DNA of 64,000 nucleotides from the IMG/VR virus record IMGVR_UViG_3300027710_000009. One strand, given 5' to 3'. The position numbers and the translations under genes were made by a program. Source of the DNA: a virus. Its lineage: Duplodnaviria > Heunggongvirae > Uroviricota > Caudoviricetes. Position 1 is the stretch's first letter. Every line of letters begins with the position of its first letter. Below the pieces are notes generated by a model, which had not been told where the DNA came from, searched no databases, and was given only the letters and a program-made list of their open reading frames with translations. Below are positions 17,804-27,130 of the stretch, one piece after another.

Positions 17804-18570
17804 CTTGGTGCAAACTCCTGTTGTAGTTTAATGTTGTCAAAGAATTCCTTCTTTGTATTACCATCGTCCTTGAATGCACCTTTAAGCACAGTAGTCTGTG
17901 TTAAACTAGAGTGTGCCATGATGCCGCGATTCTCACAGCATCCGTGCGTGGCTTGAATATACACACCTAGGTCTGTGGCTCCTGTGGCTTTTTGTATTTC
18001 TCGTGCGATGTCATTGGCCAGTTCTTCTTGTAAAGTACCACGCCTAGCACACCACTGAGCAATGCGAGTATACTTAGATAAACCAATGAGCTTTTCGGCA
18101 GCGATGATTCCAATATAGGCGACCCCAGTAACTGGTTGATGATGATGACTACACATACTGCGCAATTCACTGCGTACAACCAACATGCCTTCGTAACGGT
18201 CTGTTGAATCATTAGGAAATGCTGTTGCGTCTGGTGCTGTGTCATATCTACCTGCCATTATTTCATTGAAGTACATCTTGGCCAGGCGTCGGGCTGTGCC
18301 TTGGCTGTTGGGATCGGTTTGTCGATCAATTAGTAGCGTGTCTAACACAAGTTCAAATGCCGCTGTGGCTTCGTCAATCAATTGCTCTTTGGCTTTGTCA
18401 TCAACATAGTCACTGATGTTGTCGCCTGCCCAGAAACGTTTTTTGTCTCTGTTCATTTTGAATGCGATCTGTTTGTGTGCTGTACCTAGTTCGTAGCCGC
18501 CATCGCCTGCCATGGCATCCAGTGCTGTTTCGTCTGGATCGTTGCTAATGTATACTTTGTTGTATGTCAA
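17800..18570 (-). CDS. folE: GTP cyclohydrolase I
   Basis: TARRLAKMY, SMCSHHHQP, IGLSKYTRI, LQEEL, HGCCENRG; probable TTG start at 18570 after GGAG. Confidence 0.92.
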   Translation of the reverse strand: MTYNKVYISNDPDETALDAMAGDGGYELGTAHKQIAFKMNRDKKRFWAGDNISDYVDDKAKEQLIDEATAAFELVLDTLLIDRQTDPNSQGTARRLAKMYFNEIMAGRYDTAPDATAFPNDSTDRYEGMLVVRSELRSMCSHHHQPVTGVAYIGIIAAEKLIGLSKYTRIAQWCARRGTLQEELANDIAREIQKATGATDLGVYIQATHGCCENRGIMAHSSLTQTTVLKGAFKDDGNTKKEFFDNIKLQQEFAPR

Positions 18571-18610
18571 TTTGTTCTCCGAGTTAATAGTCGTGGATGA
18601 CTTTGTTTGT

Positions 18611-18639
18611 ATTGTAAGATTATTTAGATGATTTGTCAA
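18611..18639 (-). promoter_or_regulatory. Sigma70 promoter of folE with nested TAAATA
   Basis: TTGACA (18639-18634), 17 nt, TACAAT (18616-18611); TAAATA at 18626-18621. Confidence 0.7.
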
Positions 18640-19591
18640 TGACATGTGGTAGGTTATTATACCACTTCCAGGCTGATTCAATAATGGTCTTGAGGTCTGA
18701 ATGTGCAGGACTCCAGCCCAGCGTGGTCTTTGCCATTAGATTGCCTGCTACCAGTTGTGCTGGATCACCTGGTCTTGCTGGCGCCTTGGTCAGTTGCACG
18801 GTACCAACCAACTGCGCAACCAAATCAATGATCTCTTGATTGCTGGCACCAGTACCTGTGCCAAGATTCAATGCCATACATTCCTGCATGTCGCTCATGA
18901 GATACTGCACAGCCATAACATGTGCGGCGGCTAGGTCAGTCACGTGTACGTAGTCACGCACATGAGTGCCATCACCGTACAGTGTGAATTCTGTGTTATC
19001 ACGTACACTTTCCAATAGTCGTGCAATAATGTGTGTGGCACCAGGTTCTTGGCCTAGTTCACTGTCAAGATCTGCGCCGCAGGCATTGAAATAGCGTAGA
19101 CTTGCACTTTTCATTCCATATGCACGATTGTAATCAGTAAGCATGATTTCAATCATGGCCTTGCTAGTACCATACGGGCTCAGTGGACTGTATGGTGTGT
19201 GCTCGTATATGACCTTGGCATCCGGATTGCCATACACAGCGGCTGAACTAGAAAACACAATCACTGGCATCTTTTCCAACCAACGTGCCACATCCAACAA
19301 TGCCGCAGTCTTGGCCACGTTGTTGGTATAGTATTCAGCAGGATCACTCATGCTAGGACCAACAAGGCTGGTACCTGCTAGATGAATGATAGCATCTGGT
19401 TGTTCGTAGGCCAGTGCATCAAAACACACAGGACTATGATAGTCAGCTTCAATAAAGCGATCCATGTGCTTTATAGTATGTTCACGATGCACACGGTCAA
19501 GGCCAACTACTTCATAGCCGTCCTGCTTGAGTTGTTTGCACACATGGCTACCAATGTAGCCTGTTGCACCTGTTACAAATATTTTTGTCAT
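18620..19591 (-). CDS. galE: UDP-glucose 4-epimerase-like extended SDR
   Basis: VTGATGYIG, HLAGTSLVGPS, FSSSAAVYG, YGTSK, LRYFNACGA, RDYVHVTDLA. Confidence 0.82.
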   Translation of the reverse strand: MTKIFVTGATGYIGSHVCKQLKQDGYEVVGLDRVHREHTIKHMDRFIEADYHSPVCFDALAYEQPDAIIHLAGTSLVGPSMSDPAEYYTNNVAKTAALLDVARWLEKMPVIVFSSSAAVYGNPDAKVIYEHTPYSPLSPYGTSKAMIEIMLTDYNRAYGMKSASLRYFNACGADLDSELGQEPGATHIIARLLESVRDNTEFTLYGDGTHVRDYVHVTDLAAAHVMAVQYLMSDMQECMALNLGTGTGASNQEIIDLVAQLVGTVQLTKAPARPGDPAQLVAGNLMAKTTLGWSPAHSDLKTIIESAWKWYNNLPHVIDKSSK

Positions 19592-20565
19592 TAGCACTCC
19601 GAATCTAGAATAATTTTATCTAGTTCGTCACGCAGGTCTTGCTCGTCAGGATTGTAAGCAATACCCTGCCACTCTTTGATTTTGAGTTCTTCAGTGCCAC
19701 TGCCGTCTTCTTGCCAAGAACTAATCCAACGTGAGCCAGTCCATTTGGCCTGATGTGTGTAGCTGTTCTTACCAGCAGTCTTGATATTGTAAACACCTTC
19801 ACGCACAGGCTGAACTTTCTTTGGAAACCACTCAGTCATAGTGTACACAATGTCATCCATGTTGGTGTACTTTTCCCACTTGCCATCATTGTGTTTTTGT
19901 GAACCAGCAATGTACATGCCAAAGTCTGAACTCTTACCATCTGTGTTGCCACCGTTGTTGTCAATGTCTTCGTCGTCGTAGGTTACAGTATTGATAATTT
20001 CTTCGCCATCAACTTCGTCGTAACCCAAGCACAGTTTGGTAATATCAAAAGGTTCTTTGAGTTCAATCTCTCCTTCAAAGAATGTGCCTTTTTCATTACT
20101 ACTGCCAAGAAACACTACTGTACCGTCAGCTTGAGAACCAATCCAAACTTCGTCACCACATGACCAGTCTGGACCATCTTCACCACCGCCATCAATGGCA
20201 TCAAAACTCTTTTCAAATACAGCGTTACCGTTTTCGTCCAAGATTTGCAGTGTGCCAGCATTGCGGCTAACACCATGCACATGGCCCATGTTGTCGCAAT
20301 CGTACCATGAGCCTGGAGAAAATGGCCACATGTCTTCTGGAATGTTGTTGTCTTCTGCATAGTCACTATCCCAAGCAAAGTCACTTACATCTAGTCTACG
20401 TTGCTTGAAGTAATCGTAAATCTTGCGATCCACAGTACCCATGACTTTCTCGCCACCGTAGCCCCACATGCAGATGCTGTAGGTGCGTGGTGTAAACTTG
20501 AGCACTTGAATCAGACGCTCTTGTTCTGCAAGTTTTTCTGCTTCGGTTTGTTTCTTTGTTGCCAT
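19591..20565 (-). CDS. Hypothetical acidic protein
   Basis: 324-aa co-oriented ORF. Confidence 0.6.
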   Translation of the reverse strand: MATKKQTEAEKLAEQERLIQVLKFTPRTYSICMWGYGGEKVMGTVDRKIYDYFKQRRLDVSDFAWDSDYAEDNNIPEDMWPFSPGSWYDCDNMGHVHGVSRNAGTLQILDENGNAVFEKSFDAIDGGGEDGPDWSCGDEVWIGSQADGTVVFLGSSNEKGTFFEGEIELKEPFDITKLCLGYDEVDGEEIINTVTYDDEDIDNNGGNTDGKSSDFGMYIAGSQKHNDGKWEKYTNMDDIVYTMTEWFPKKVQPVREGVYNIKTAGKNSYTHQAKWTGSRWISSWQEDGSGTEELKIKEWQGIAYNPDEQDLRDELDKIILDSEC

Positions 20566-20567
20566 GA

Positions 20568-21263
20568 TTATTTTCTTTCGCCAAACAACTGTAACAAGTT
20601 TAGGAACAAATTGATAAAGTTCATGTACAAAGACAATGCGCCTGTTACTTCCACGGCTGGACTGGTGTCAACACTGACTTCTTCACGAATACGTTGTGTG
20701 TCGTATGCTGTTAGTCCCAGGAAGATGATAATGGCCAATGCACTGATAACCATCTGCATTACGGTACTACCAATAAAGATGTTTACAATGCTGGCAATCA
20801 CAATAGCAATCAAGCCCACAAACATCATCTGGCCCATTGAGCTTAGATCCTTTTTAGTAAAGTAGCCATAGCCACTCATCACCCCAAACAAGATTGCCGC
20901 ACCCATGAACGCACTAACAATTGACCCCATGTTGAACACAGCAAAGATCATGCTAAAGCTCAATCCCATAAGTGCCGCAAAGCCATGCAAGCATAGTTGT
21001 GCCACACCTTTACTGGGGTTGTTACCCAGAACATAGCTCACGCCAAAGATTGCCGCCAGCGGTGCAAAGATCACAATCCACTTTAGCACACCTGTAAAAA
21101 AGAATTGTAGCAACTCTGGACTGGTGCCTACAAAATAACTCACAAACATTGACACAAGCACAGCCAGACTCATGTGTCCGTATACACGACCCATTGCTGA
21201 GTTGATTTCGCTTGCAGAACGATAGTTCATTATGCCACCGTCTGTATAATTTGCTCCAAACAT
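20568..21263 (-). CDS. Bax inhibitor-1/YccA family membrane protein
   Basis: About 7 hydrophobic segments; TKKDLS, LTAYDTQRI, ALSLYMNFINLF C-terminus. Confidence 0.85.
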   Translation of the reverse strand: MFGANYTDGGIMNYRSASEINSAMGRVYGHMSLAVLVSMFVSYFVGTSPELLQFFFTGVLKWIVIFAPLAAIFGVSYVLGNNPSKGVAQLCLHGFAALMGLSFSMIFAVFNMGSIVSAFMGAAILFGVMSGYGYFTKKDLSSMGQMMFVGLIAIVIASIVNIFIGSTVMQMVISALAIIIFLGLTAYDTQRIREEVSVDTSPAVEVTGALSLYMNFINLFLNLLQLFGERK

Positions 21264-21264
21264 A

Positions 21265-21489
21265 TTAAATCTCCTTCTTGAGTATTGATACTAGTTTACA
21301 TTGTTCGTAGAGTTTTGTCAAGTCTACTGCACCACCAACGCCATCCTGAGCATAGTAGTTCATACCATGTCCCCAGGCATTTACTGTGTTTTGATAAACG
21401 TCGGTGGCGTATTCTGGACCAACTTCTTTCCACCAAAGTTCTTCCGTGAGCATTTGGTACCAAAGTTCAAAATCAAAATTTTGACTCAT
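21265..21489 (-). CDS. Hypothetical protein
   Basis: Co-oriented small ORF. Confidence 0.45.
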   Translation of the reverse strand: MSQNFDFELWYQMLTEELWWKEVGPEYATDVYQNTVNAWGHGMNYYAQDGVGGAVDLTKLYEQCKLVSILKKEI

Positions 21490-22663
21490 GTGTGTGCTTG
21501 CGGTAGTCTGTGCTCATACGCAACCATTGCTCGCCCTTGCCTTCAAGGATGTCCACAATACGATCAACTGTGCCATTGGTCCAGTCTGAAATCTTGCCTT
21601 GATTAGCATGCGGCTTACGAATTAACTTTTCCAACTTGCCAATAGCATCTTCCAGACTCCAGGGTATGTAAAGACGTTCTAGGTCGTTAGCAAAAGTCTC
21701 GGGAAAACTTCTATAAGCAGGGTAAAGAACATTAGTACCCAAAGTATCCGCTTCTGAAACTGTGTTAGATACCCAGTCTTGTAATGCACAATTAAACAAA
21801 ACCCTTGTATCAGCAAGCAAAGTATAGTAATCATTTTTCTCTAGGTCCTCGTAGATTGTAAGCAATCCACGTGCCTGCAGATCTCTGGTACGAGCCATGT
21901 AGCTGTCGTTGTTGCTTTTTAGTTTGGCACCAGAAAACAACGCAAACTCCAGGCGCTCACCTGGATGACGTTCTGCCCACAGCTCAATTAGATCCATATA
22001 GAAGTCTGGTTGCTTCTCTTGATCCCAACGTGCGGCAAAGCCCACACGGAATGCTCGTTTGTCAAATGGCTTGAGCTCACCTGGCACACGTTCACGTACT
22101 TCGCTCTTGCCAAATGCCAAGCCTGAAATATTGTAGACGGGAGCAGTCCAGCCCGCTACCTTCATGTGCATGACCATCTCTTCATTGGTAGCCAACACAG
22201 CACCACCAGAGATAGACACAATGTCATTGACCATGCGTTCATAGTCCATCATCCACTTGCCCATACCCCATACATGAACAAAGTCATCTGGATCAATTGC
22301 CTGCGCCAAACAGCGTACAAAAATACGTGGACGCATTTCTTGCGGAACTTGGTTGATAATGTAACCAAGACTTTCAAAGCCCGGCTGGAACATGTCTTCA
22401 AAGTAGATCACATCTTCACTGGTGACTTCGCCTTGTTGCATGAGTCGCACAAGATTCATCATCTGGCTCATGCCAAAGTAACTGCGACCGTGTGCATCTA
22501 ACACTTGACCCACAACAATCTTTTGACTGTTGTCTAGGGTCAAGCCTGGCACGTAGACTACATCTAGTCCACGTGCATCAAACACACGCTTGTTCCACTC
22601 TGTCAGTTGCAGAGTATATCGAGCCTTGTAAGACTCCAAGCCCATGTAGTATAGCTTACGCAT
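21473..22663 (-). CDS. GT-B fold glycosyltransferase (GT4-like)
   Basis: GFAARWDQEKQP (R..xxK), ALQDWVSNTVSEA (Ex7E-like), VLYP; likely start MRKLYY at 22663. Confidence 0.7.
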   Translation of the reverse strand: MRKLYYMGLESYKARYTLQLTEWNKRVFDARGLDVVYVPGLTLDNSQKIVVGQVLDAHGRSYFGMSQMMNLVRLMQQGEVTSEDVIYFEDMFQPGFESLGYIINQVPQEMRPRIFVRCLAQAIDPDDFVHVWGMGKWMMDYERMVNDIVSISGGAVLATNEEMVMHMKVAGWTAPVYNISGLAFGKSEVRERVPGELKPFDKRAFRVGFAARWDQEKQPDFYMDLIELWAERHPGERLEFALFSGAKLKSNNDSYMARTRDLQARGLLTIYEDLEKNDYYTLLADTRVLFNCALQDWVSNTVSEADTLGTNVLYPAYRSFPETFANDLERLYIPWSLEDAIGKLEKLIRKPHANQGKISDWTNGTVDRIVDILEGKGEQWLRMSTDYRKHTHESKF

Positions 22664-22973
22664 TGCGGTAGTTGCTCCGGAAGTTGTTGCCTTTATAACC
22701 ACCTTGTCCGCCTTCACGACGAGGACCTGTGTACGGCTTGCGTACTTCGTTGGGATCCTTGTTGGCCCAGTTCCATTGGTTCTTTGCGTAACCACGTTCT
22801 TGGAACTTCAAGAAGTCAATGAAGTCACGGTCACGTTCGTTGTACAGCGCAGCCTCATTAAACAGTCTGCCGTGACTTACACAGAACTCTTTGTACTTTT
22901 CTAGATCCTCATAGATCTGTTCTACTTCTGGCTTCATGCGAAGATATTTCTCTAGCCATTTAGGTTGTGCCAT
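22656..22973 (-). CDS. Hypothetical protein
   Basis: AGGAG RBS; overlaps the GT start. Confidence 0.6.
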   Translation of the reverse strand: MAQPKWLEKYLRMKPEVEQIYEDLEKYKEFCVSHGRLFNEAALYNERDRDFIDFLKFQERGYAKNQWNWANKDPNEVRKPYTGPRREGGQGGYKGNNFRSNYRNA

Positions 22974-22987
22974 CTTGATTTCTCCTA

Positions 22988-23431
22988 TTAGACGGGATGG
23001 TAAAAGGTTTTCTCGGGTTGACGTGGATCGCGGTATACAATCTCACATCCGTTTTCGTCGTCCTCGCTCACACTGAGTATAACATGTCTGCCAGGATAAC
23101 GCGAGTTGATTTGGACATATAAGTCATCTGCGATCATTTCGCAACTCTTATAGTCGAGTTGCAAACTATTTGGTTGTCCCGAATACAGTGATTCAAGCCA
23201 CCTTTTGAATTGAATAAATTCGATGTCCCTGTCGTTGTGGAAGACACTGATTGACACCCGGAAATGGAAAATATGGCGATGAGGATAGCCAAGAAAAGAT
23301 ACGTCTGCAAGTTTAGGATCCTCCAAGGCAGCGGGATATTTGTGAATGCCTTCTTTCTGGAACTTTACCCAGATCATGCGTTCTGCTACTTCGCTGTTGA
23401 TTTCAGTTTGTCTTCTTTCATCATATGTCAT
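22988..23431 (-). CDS. dpdL: QueD-like T-fold protein with LxxxHRHxF motif (DpdL-type, putative CDG decarboxylase)
   Basis: LGYPHRHIF = LxxxHRHxF; KSCEMIADDL and VSEDDENG T-fold motifs. The dpdL assignment rests on my recall of the published motif. Confidence 0.7.
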   Translation of the reverse strand: MTYDERRQTEINSEVAERMIWVKFQKEGIHKYPAALEDPKLADVSFLGYPHRHIFHFRVSISVFHNDRDIEFIQFKRWLESLYSGQPNSLQLDYKSCEMIADDLYVQINSRYPGRHVILSVSEDDENGCEIVYRDPRQPEKTFYHPV

Positions 23432-23943
23432 TTTATTACCTCGTCTTGAGTATATTTAGACCAGTCTGTAAACACAGCACGATTTTTTAGGTCATGTAAA
23501 CTGTGACACCATACGCCTGGATTTGTTGCTTCAAAATCTTTGTCGTCAATCTTGATAGTAGTGTTGTAATTGTATAGTTTGGCATAGGGCAATTTTACAC
23601 TGATCATTGGAATAAATCTAGAGTGATCAATTAGTGTGCCTTCAAGCAAACCTTCTGCGGCTGTTACGTCGACGTCTAGTGTACACCAGACTCCGTGCAT
23701 CAAACAGTTACCGATCATGGTTTCCCAACGTCGCCATTCATCACCATTGTTTGTGTCAGGATTGGTAAAACTTTGATTGGCACCAAAGTAGATGTGTTCG
23801 CAGTTGTTTTTTTGTGCCAGGCCCACTATACGTGCAGGATCTTGTACACCAATAACAAACAGTGTGCGCATGCCAAATGCCGGTGAGTGTTCTACTTCTG
23901 TTCCAACAAAGAAGTCAGCGCCATCGTGCTCTGGACGATCCAT
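23428..23943 (-). CDS. Unknown protein translationally coupled to dpdL
   Basis: EVEHSPAFGMRTLFV, HIYFGANQSF, KIDD...NPGVWCH; ATGA overlap with dpdL. Confidence 0.6.
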   Translation of the reverse strand: MDRPEHDGADFFVGTEVEHSPAFGMRTLFVIGVQDPARIVGLAQKNNCEHIYFGANQSFTNPDTNNGDEWRRWETMIGNCLMHGVWCTLDVDVTAAEGLLEGTLIDHSRFIPMISVKLPYAKLYNYNTTIKIDDKDFEATNPGVWCHSLHDLKNRAVFTDWSKYTQDEVIK

Positions 23944-24257
23944 TATGATACCTTTAGTGATTCAACGGTTATGATATGAGCAATGCTTTGCCCTAGATCT
24001 TGATCATCAGAAATAAGATGCAAGTTAGTGGTTGTGCGGTCGGTACGACGATCGTTGTATCGAACTTCCATTACATATCCATTTTCTGCACGGAACATGC
24101 GAAAGTTCAAGTCTGGGTTACTGTCCATGCGATCTCTTGACACTAACTCAGCGGTTTTAATTCCAATTGAGTTTAGAGTATAACTTTGTTTTTCATCTTG
24201 GGAATTCTCCCATGCTCGGCGCACTTTTTTAGCTATCCATTTATCAAACCAATTCAT
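23943..24257 (-). CDS. Hypothetical protein
   Basis: Co-oriented ORF with TAATG overlap. Confidence 0.55.
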   Translation of the reverse strand: MNWFDKWIAKKVRRAWENSQDEKQSYTLNSIGIKTAELVSRDRMDSNPDLNFRMFRAENGYVMEVRYNDRRTDRTTTNLHLISDDQDLGQSIAHIITVESLKVS

Positions 24258-24439
24258 ACTTCACCTTTGTGTTGCTGTTGCAATTTTTGGATTTCGTCTT
24301 TGTATTTTAACTTCTGACGCTTGAGTTCCGCAACCTTTGATTCGTCCACATGAGGATGACGTTCCATTTCGTTGAGTTTGAGATCAAGCACTCTGTGTGC
24401 TTCTTCCAAATGTTTAACACGATTTGTCCAATCACCCAT
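24254..24439 (-). CDS. Small coiled-coil protein (DUF465/YdcH-like)
   Basis: LEEAHRVLD...ELKRQKLKYKDEI. Confidence 0.55.
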   Translation of the reverse strand: MGDWTNRVKHLEEAHRVLDLKLNEMERHPHVDESKVAELKRQKLKYKDEIQKLQQQHKGEV

Positions 24440-24443
24440 TTGT

Positions 24444-26042
24444 TCACCCTCCGTGGTCAAGTCTAAGTATGTCTCCAAGTCTACTCTCTGCTGAATCTTT
24501 TGCCATTTCCTCATCTTGTTCGGTCTCCTCGGTTTCTTCTTCTACATATTCAAACAGCGCATTAAATTGCGTAAGTGGATTAACAGTCTTGTCACCTTTG
24601 AATCCACGTGTGCCAATGATGTCCATCCAATAGCGTTTGTAATATTCAATAATGTCCAAACTTGCTTGTTTAGTTGGCGCGGCAAAAATAGCGTCCACAA
24701 TGTCACGGAACTTGGCATGATCACCTGTGCGCTTTTTAGTACCTTCGTTCCACATCATGTTAGGCCATCGGCCTGCATCGTATTCACGATTGGCACGTTG
24801 TACTGCTTCGATGTGTGTCCACACGTTGTGTCCCATCATGAGTGCATAGCTGAAGCTGTCCCAGCTGGTCTTGCCCTCTTTGCCGATCTTGTTCAAATCG
24901 CCCGGCTTGTATATACATACATCTTTGATCTGTAAATGCTGGCTTATTGGGCTCTCGTCAAAATGCGGAAAGATTCCATCCTGTAGTACTACATCGCGGA
25001 ACATTCGTGTATCAACGGCATATTTTTTGTCGTCTGCACTTGGACTCATTCGATAACACCATTTATCATTGTGTGGCAAATCAATATGATGATACATTTG
25101 TCCATTAGCAGTGGCTAGAAAAGGACTAGCACAGTCAAAGCTGATAGTAAATGCAGGGTTAACGTATTTGCGAACTGCACGTTGAATGTCAGTGAGCAAG
25201 ACTGCCCACTCTAGTTTACTTGTGCCCAAGAAGTGCATCCAGTCATGAACTCCCTCTTGTAACAAGTTATCGTAGCGTAATGCTACCAGTCTGCGTAGCA
25301 CTAGATCTACGTCACACATGTTTTGACCACCCATTGACCAACCGTCAAAGTGAGTGTCAGGATATTTCACAGGATCACAATATTCCTTCATGGTCTGATA
25401 CCATTCTTCAGCTGAAGTATGATTATCGCCTTGTAGAACATTTAAGAATTTTGCACCGCCGTTCTTTTTTCCTTTACGATGTTTCATAAAGTATTCGTTA
25501 TTGAATTTGGTAGCGGCCACTGCTTCATCCAGTGTGGTAATCTGACAAGCCTTGCTAGCTTTCTTGTCGTGAATAACCCAAGTTGGAATATCCAAGATCA
25601 TTCCATAGTCGGCAATCTCGTCCAACCACTTTAGAACAGAACTGCGTTTCTTTTCAGCTTTGGCACAACCTGAATTGGCCTTCCAGTCGCCTTCCCACAG
25701 GCCCTTGGCAATCTGGAATCCACCAGAGTCACCTAGCATGAACGTACCTGGCTCACGCTTGCGAACCATGTCTTCACTAGGATCATCTTTGTTGAGATCT
25801 AGATTGGCATGACCACCCGAGTACAGGCTCCACTTGTATGGGAACAATGCCTTCTGACTGTTAAGCCAGTTCATCTGTTCCATGTCGGGCATTCCAGCTG
25901 GCATACGTGCAGGATCTATGTAGTCATTGTTCACACGCTGTTTGCCTATGAAGGTAGCATAGAAGCCACTGATAGCTGGCAAGAACACAGCATAGTCTAG
26001 CTGTTTGCTAGTTAGATCATCTTGTTCAGGCTTCTTGTCCAT
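24444..26042 (-). CDS. dpdA: TGT-fold 7-deazaguanine base-exchange enzyme (DpdA family, probably DpdA2-like)
   Basis: TGT motifs in order: LGDSGGFQ, MILDIP, VLQG, GWSMGG, MHFLG, SFDCASP. No C-terminal CxCxxC Zn site of tRNA TGTs. Confidence 0.8.
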   Translation of the reverse strand: MDKKPEQDDLTSKQLDYAVFLPAISGFYATFIGKQRVNNDYIDPARMPAGMPDMEQMNWLNSQKALFPYKWSLYSGGHANLDLNKDDPSEDMVRKREPGTFMLGDSGGFQIAKGLWEGDWKANSGCAKAEKKRSSVLKWLDEIADYGMILDIPTWVIHDKKASKACQITTLDEAVAATKFNNEYFMKHRKGKKNGGAKFLNVLQGDNHTSAEEWYQTMKEYCDPVKYPDTHFDGWSMGGQNMCDVDLVLRRLVALRYDNLLQEGVHDWMHFLGTSKLEWAVLLTDIQRAVRKYVNPAFTISFDCASPFLATANGQMYHHIDLPHNDKWCYRMSPSADDKKYAVDTRMFRDVVLQDGIFPHFDESPISQHLQIKDVCIYKPGDLNKIGKEGKTSWDSFSYALMMGHNVWTHIEAVQRANREYDAGRWPNMMWNEGTKKRTGDHAKFRDIVDAIFAAPTKQASLDIIEYYKRYWMDIIGTRGFKGDKTVNPLTQFNALFEYVEEETEETEQDEEMAKDSAESRLGDILRLDHGG

Positions 26043-26379
26043 GCTTCTTTTCTTCTAGTGTTAGTGCATCCATGATCTGAAACTGCTCCCAAGCACTCTT
26101 TAGTCCTGGGTGCCGCTTCATGCGATCATGCAAGTCTTTTTCTTCTTGCATCTTACGCCGTGCCCAATCAATGGCTTCTTGGGTAATAGGATCCAGGCTA
26201 ACAGTGGCATAACTGGTGCTCATGTTGATCCATGTTGTACCATCAAACACCTGCATGTCTGTTCCGTTGACACGGAGCATACCCTGTATGGGATTGCTGG
26301 CATTTGAGTTAACATACGGAACACTGGTGTTACCACCATCCACTACTACTCCGCGACTGCCCATTAGACCTTTAATCAT
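26026..26379 (-). CDS. Hypothetical protein
   Basis: Co-oriented ORF. Confidence 0.55.
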   Translation of the reverse strand: MIKGLMGSRGVVVDGGNTSVPYVNSNASNPIQGMLRVNGTDMQVFDGTTWINMSTSYATVSLDPITQEAIDWARRKMQEEKDLHDRMKRHPGLKSAWEQFQIMDALTLEEKKHGQEA

Positions 26380-27107
26380 TTTTGTTGTGCTGGCAATAGA
26401 TAGTTGTATTCAGCAATGCCGCTGTCCACAGTGATCTGCATCACCCCTTCGTCGCTGATCTTCATAGTCTTGTCACCACTCAATGCAAGAATGGCAATAA
26501 CAGAAGTCACTGGCCACGCCCATGCTTTGGTTAGTGTACCAGTTGCACCATCATGAAACACAAAGTTACCTGCATGTGAACTATGGTCACCAAAGAAAAA
26601 CTTCAATTGATTGTTTTCTGTTTTGGCAGTAAATGTATTTTCGTCGCTGTTGGCACTGGCTTGAAATCGCAAACGTTGAATGTTTTGTACTGTGGGATTA
26701 AACTCCACACTCCATTTAACATTTTTCATTTTCACGCTTTTGAGTTTGTCGTTCACAATCTCGCTGGTCATGAAACGATATTCATTCTTAAAGTCACCTG
26801 CTTTGTTTTCAAAGGTAATGCCAACTGGAACATCTGCACCATTGCGTTGTTGCATACTGATGCTTAGTTTAGCGTCTTCTTTGTATTCTGGAATGTTTAG
26901 AACTGTGTTTAGTTTGCCTAGATTAGGCATGCCAAATGTGCCAACAAACTCTGGCACAGGGTTCTTGAACTTGGCCTGTACAATCACACTACGATCTTCT
27001 GCGATAGAATCAATGGTGGTTTCTTGATCTGTGCCTGTAATTTTAACCAAATCAATCACACCCAGTGCGTGTGTGTGTTGTACGATGTCTTGTAAGTAAT
27101 CTTTCAT
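26376..27107 (-). CDS. DNA polymerase sliding clamp (gp45-like)
   Basis: 243-aa beta-rich protein near the polymerase, own promoter, C-terminal EYNYLLPAQQK. Family recognition only. Confidence 0.6.
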   Translation of the reverse strand: MKDYLQDIVQHTHALGVIDLVKITGTDQETTIDSIAEDRSVIVQAKFKNPVPEFVGTFGMPNLGKLNTVLNIPEYKEDAKLSISMQQRNGADVPVGITFENKAGDFKNEYRFMTSEIVNDKLKSVKMKNVKWSVEFNPTVQNIQRLRFQASANSDENTFTAKTENNQLKFFFGDHSSHAGNFVFHDGATGTLTKAWAWPVTSVIAILALSGDKTMKISDEGVMQITVDSGIAEYNYLLPAQQK

Positions 27108-27130
27108 GCGTTCTCCTGTAGATAGTTGAT

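Noticed and set aside
24444-26042. Canonical tRNA-guanine transglycosylase (tgt) for queuosine
   Set aside because: Much longer than TGT, lacks the CxCxxC Zn site, no queC/queF/queA in the window, and it is next to DNA replication genes; a DpdA-like DNA enzyme fits better, though untested.
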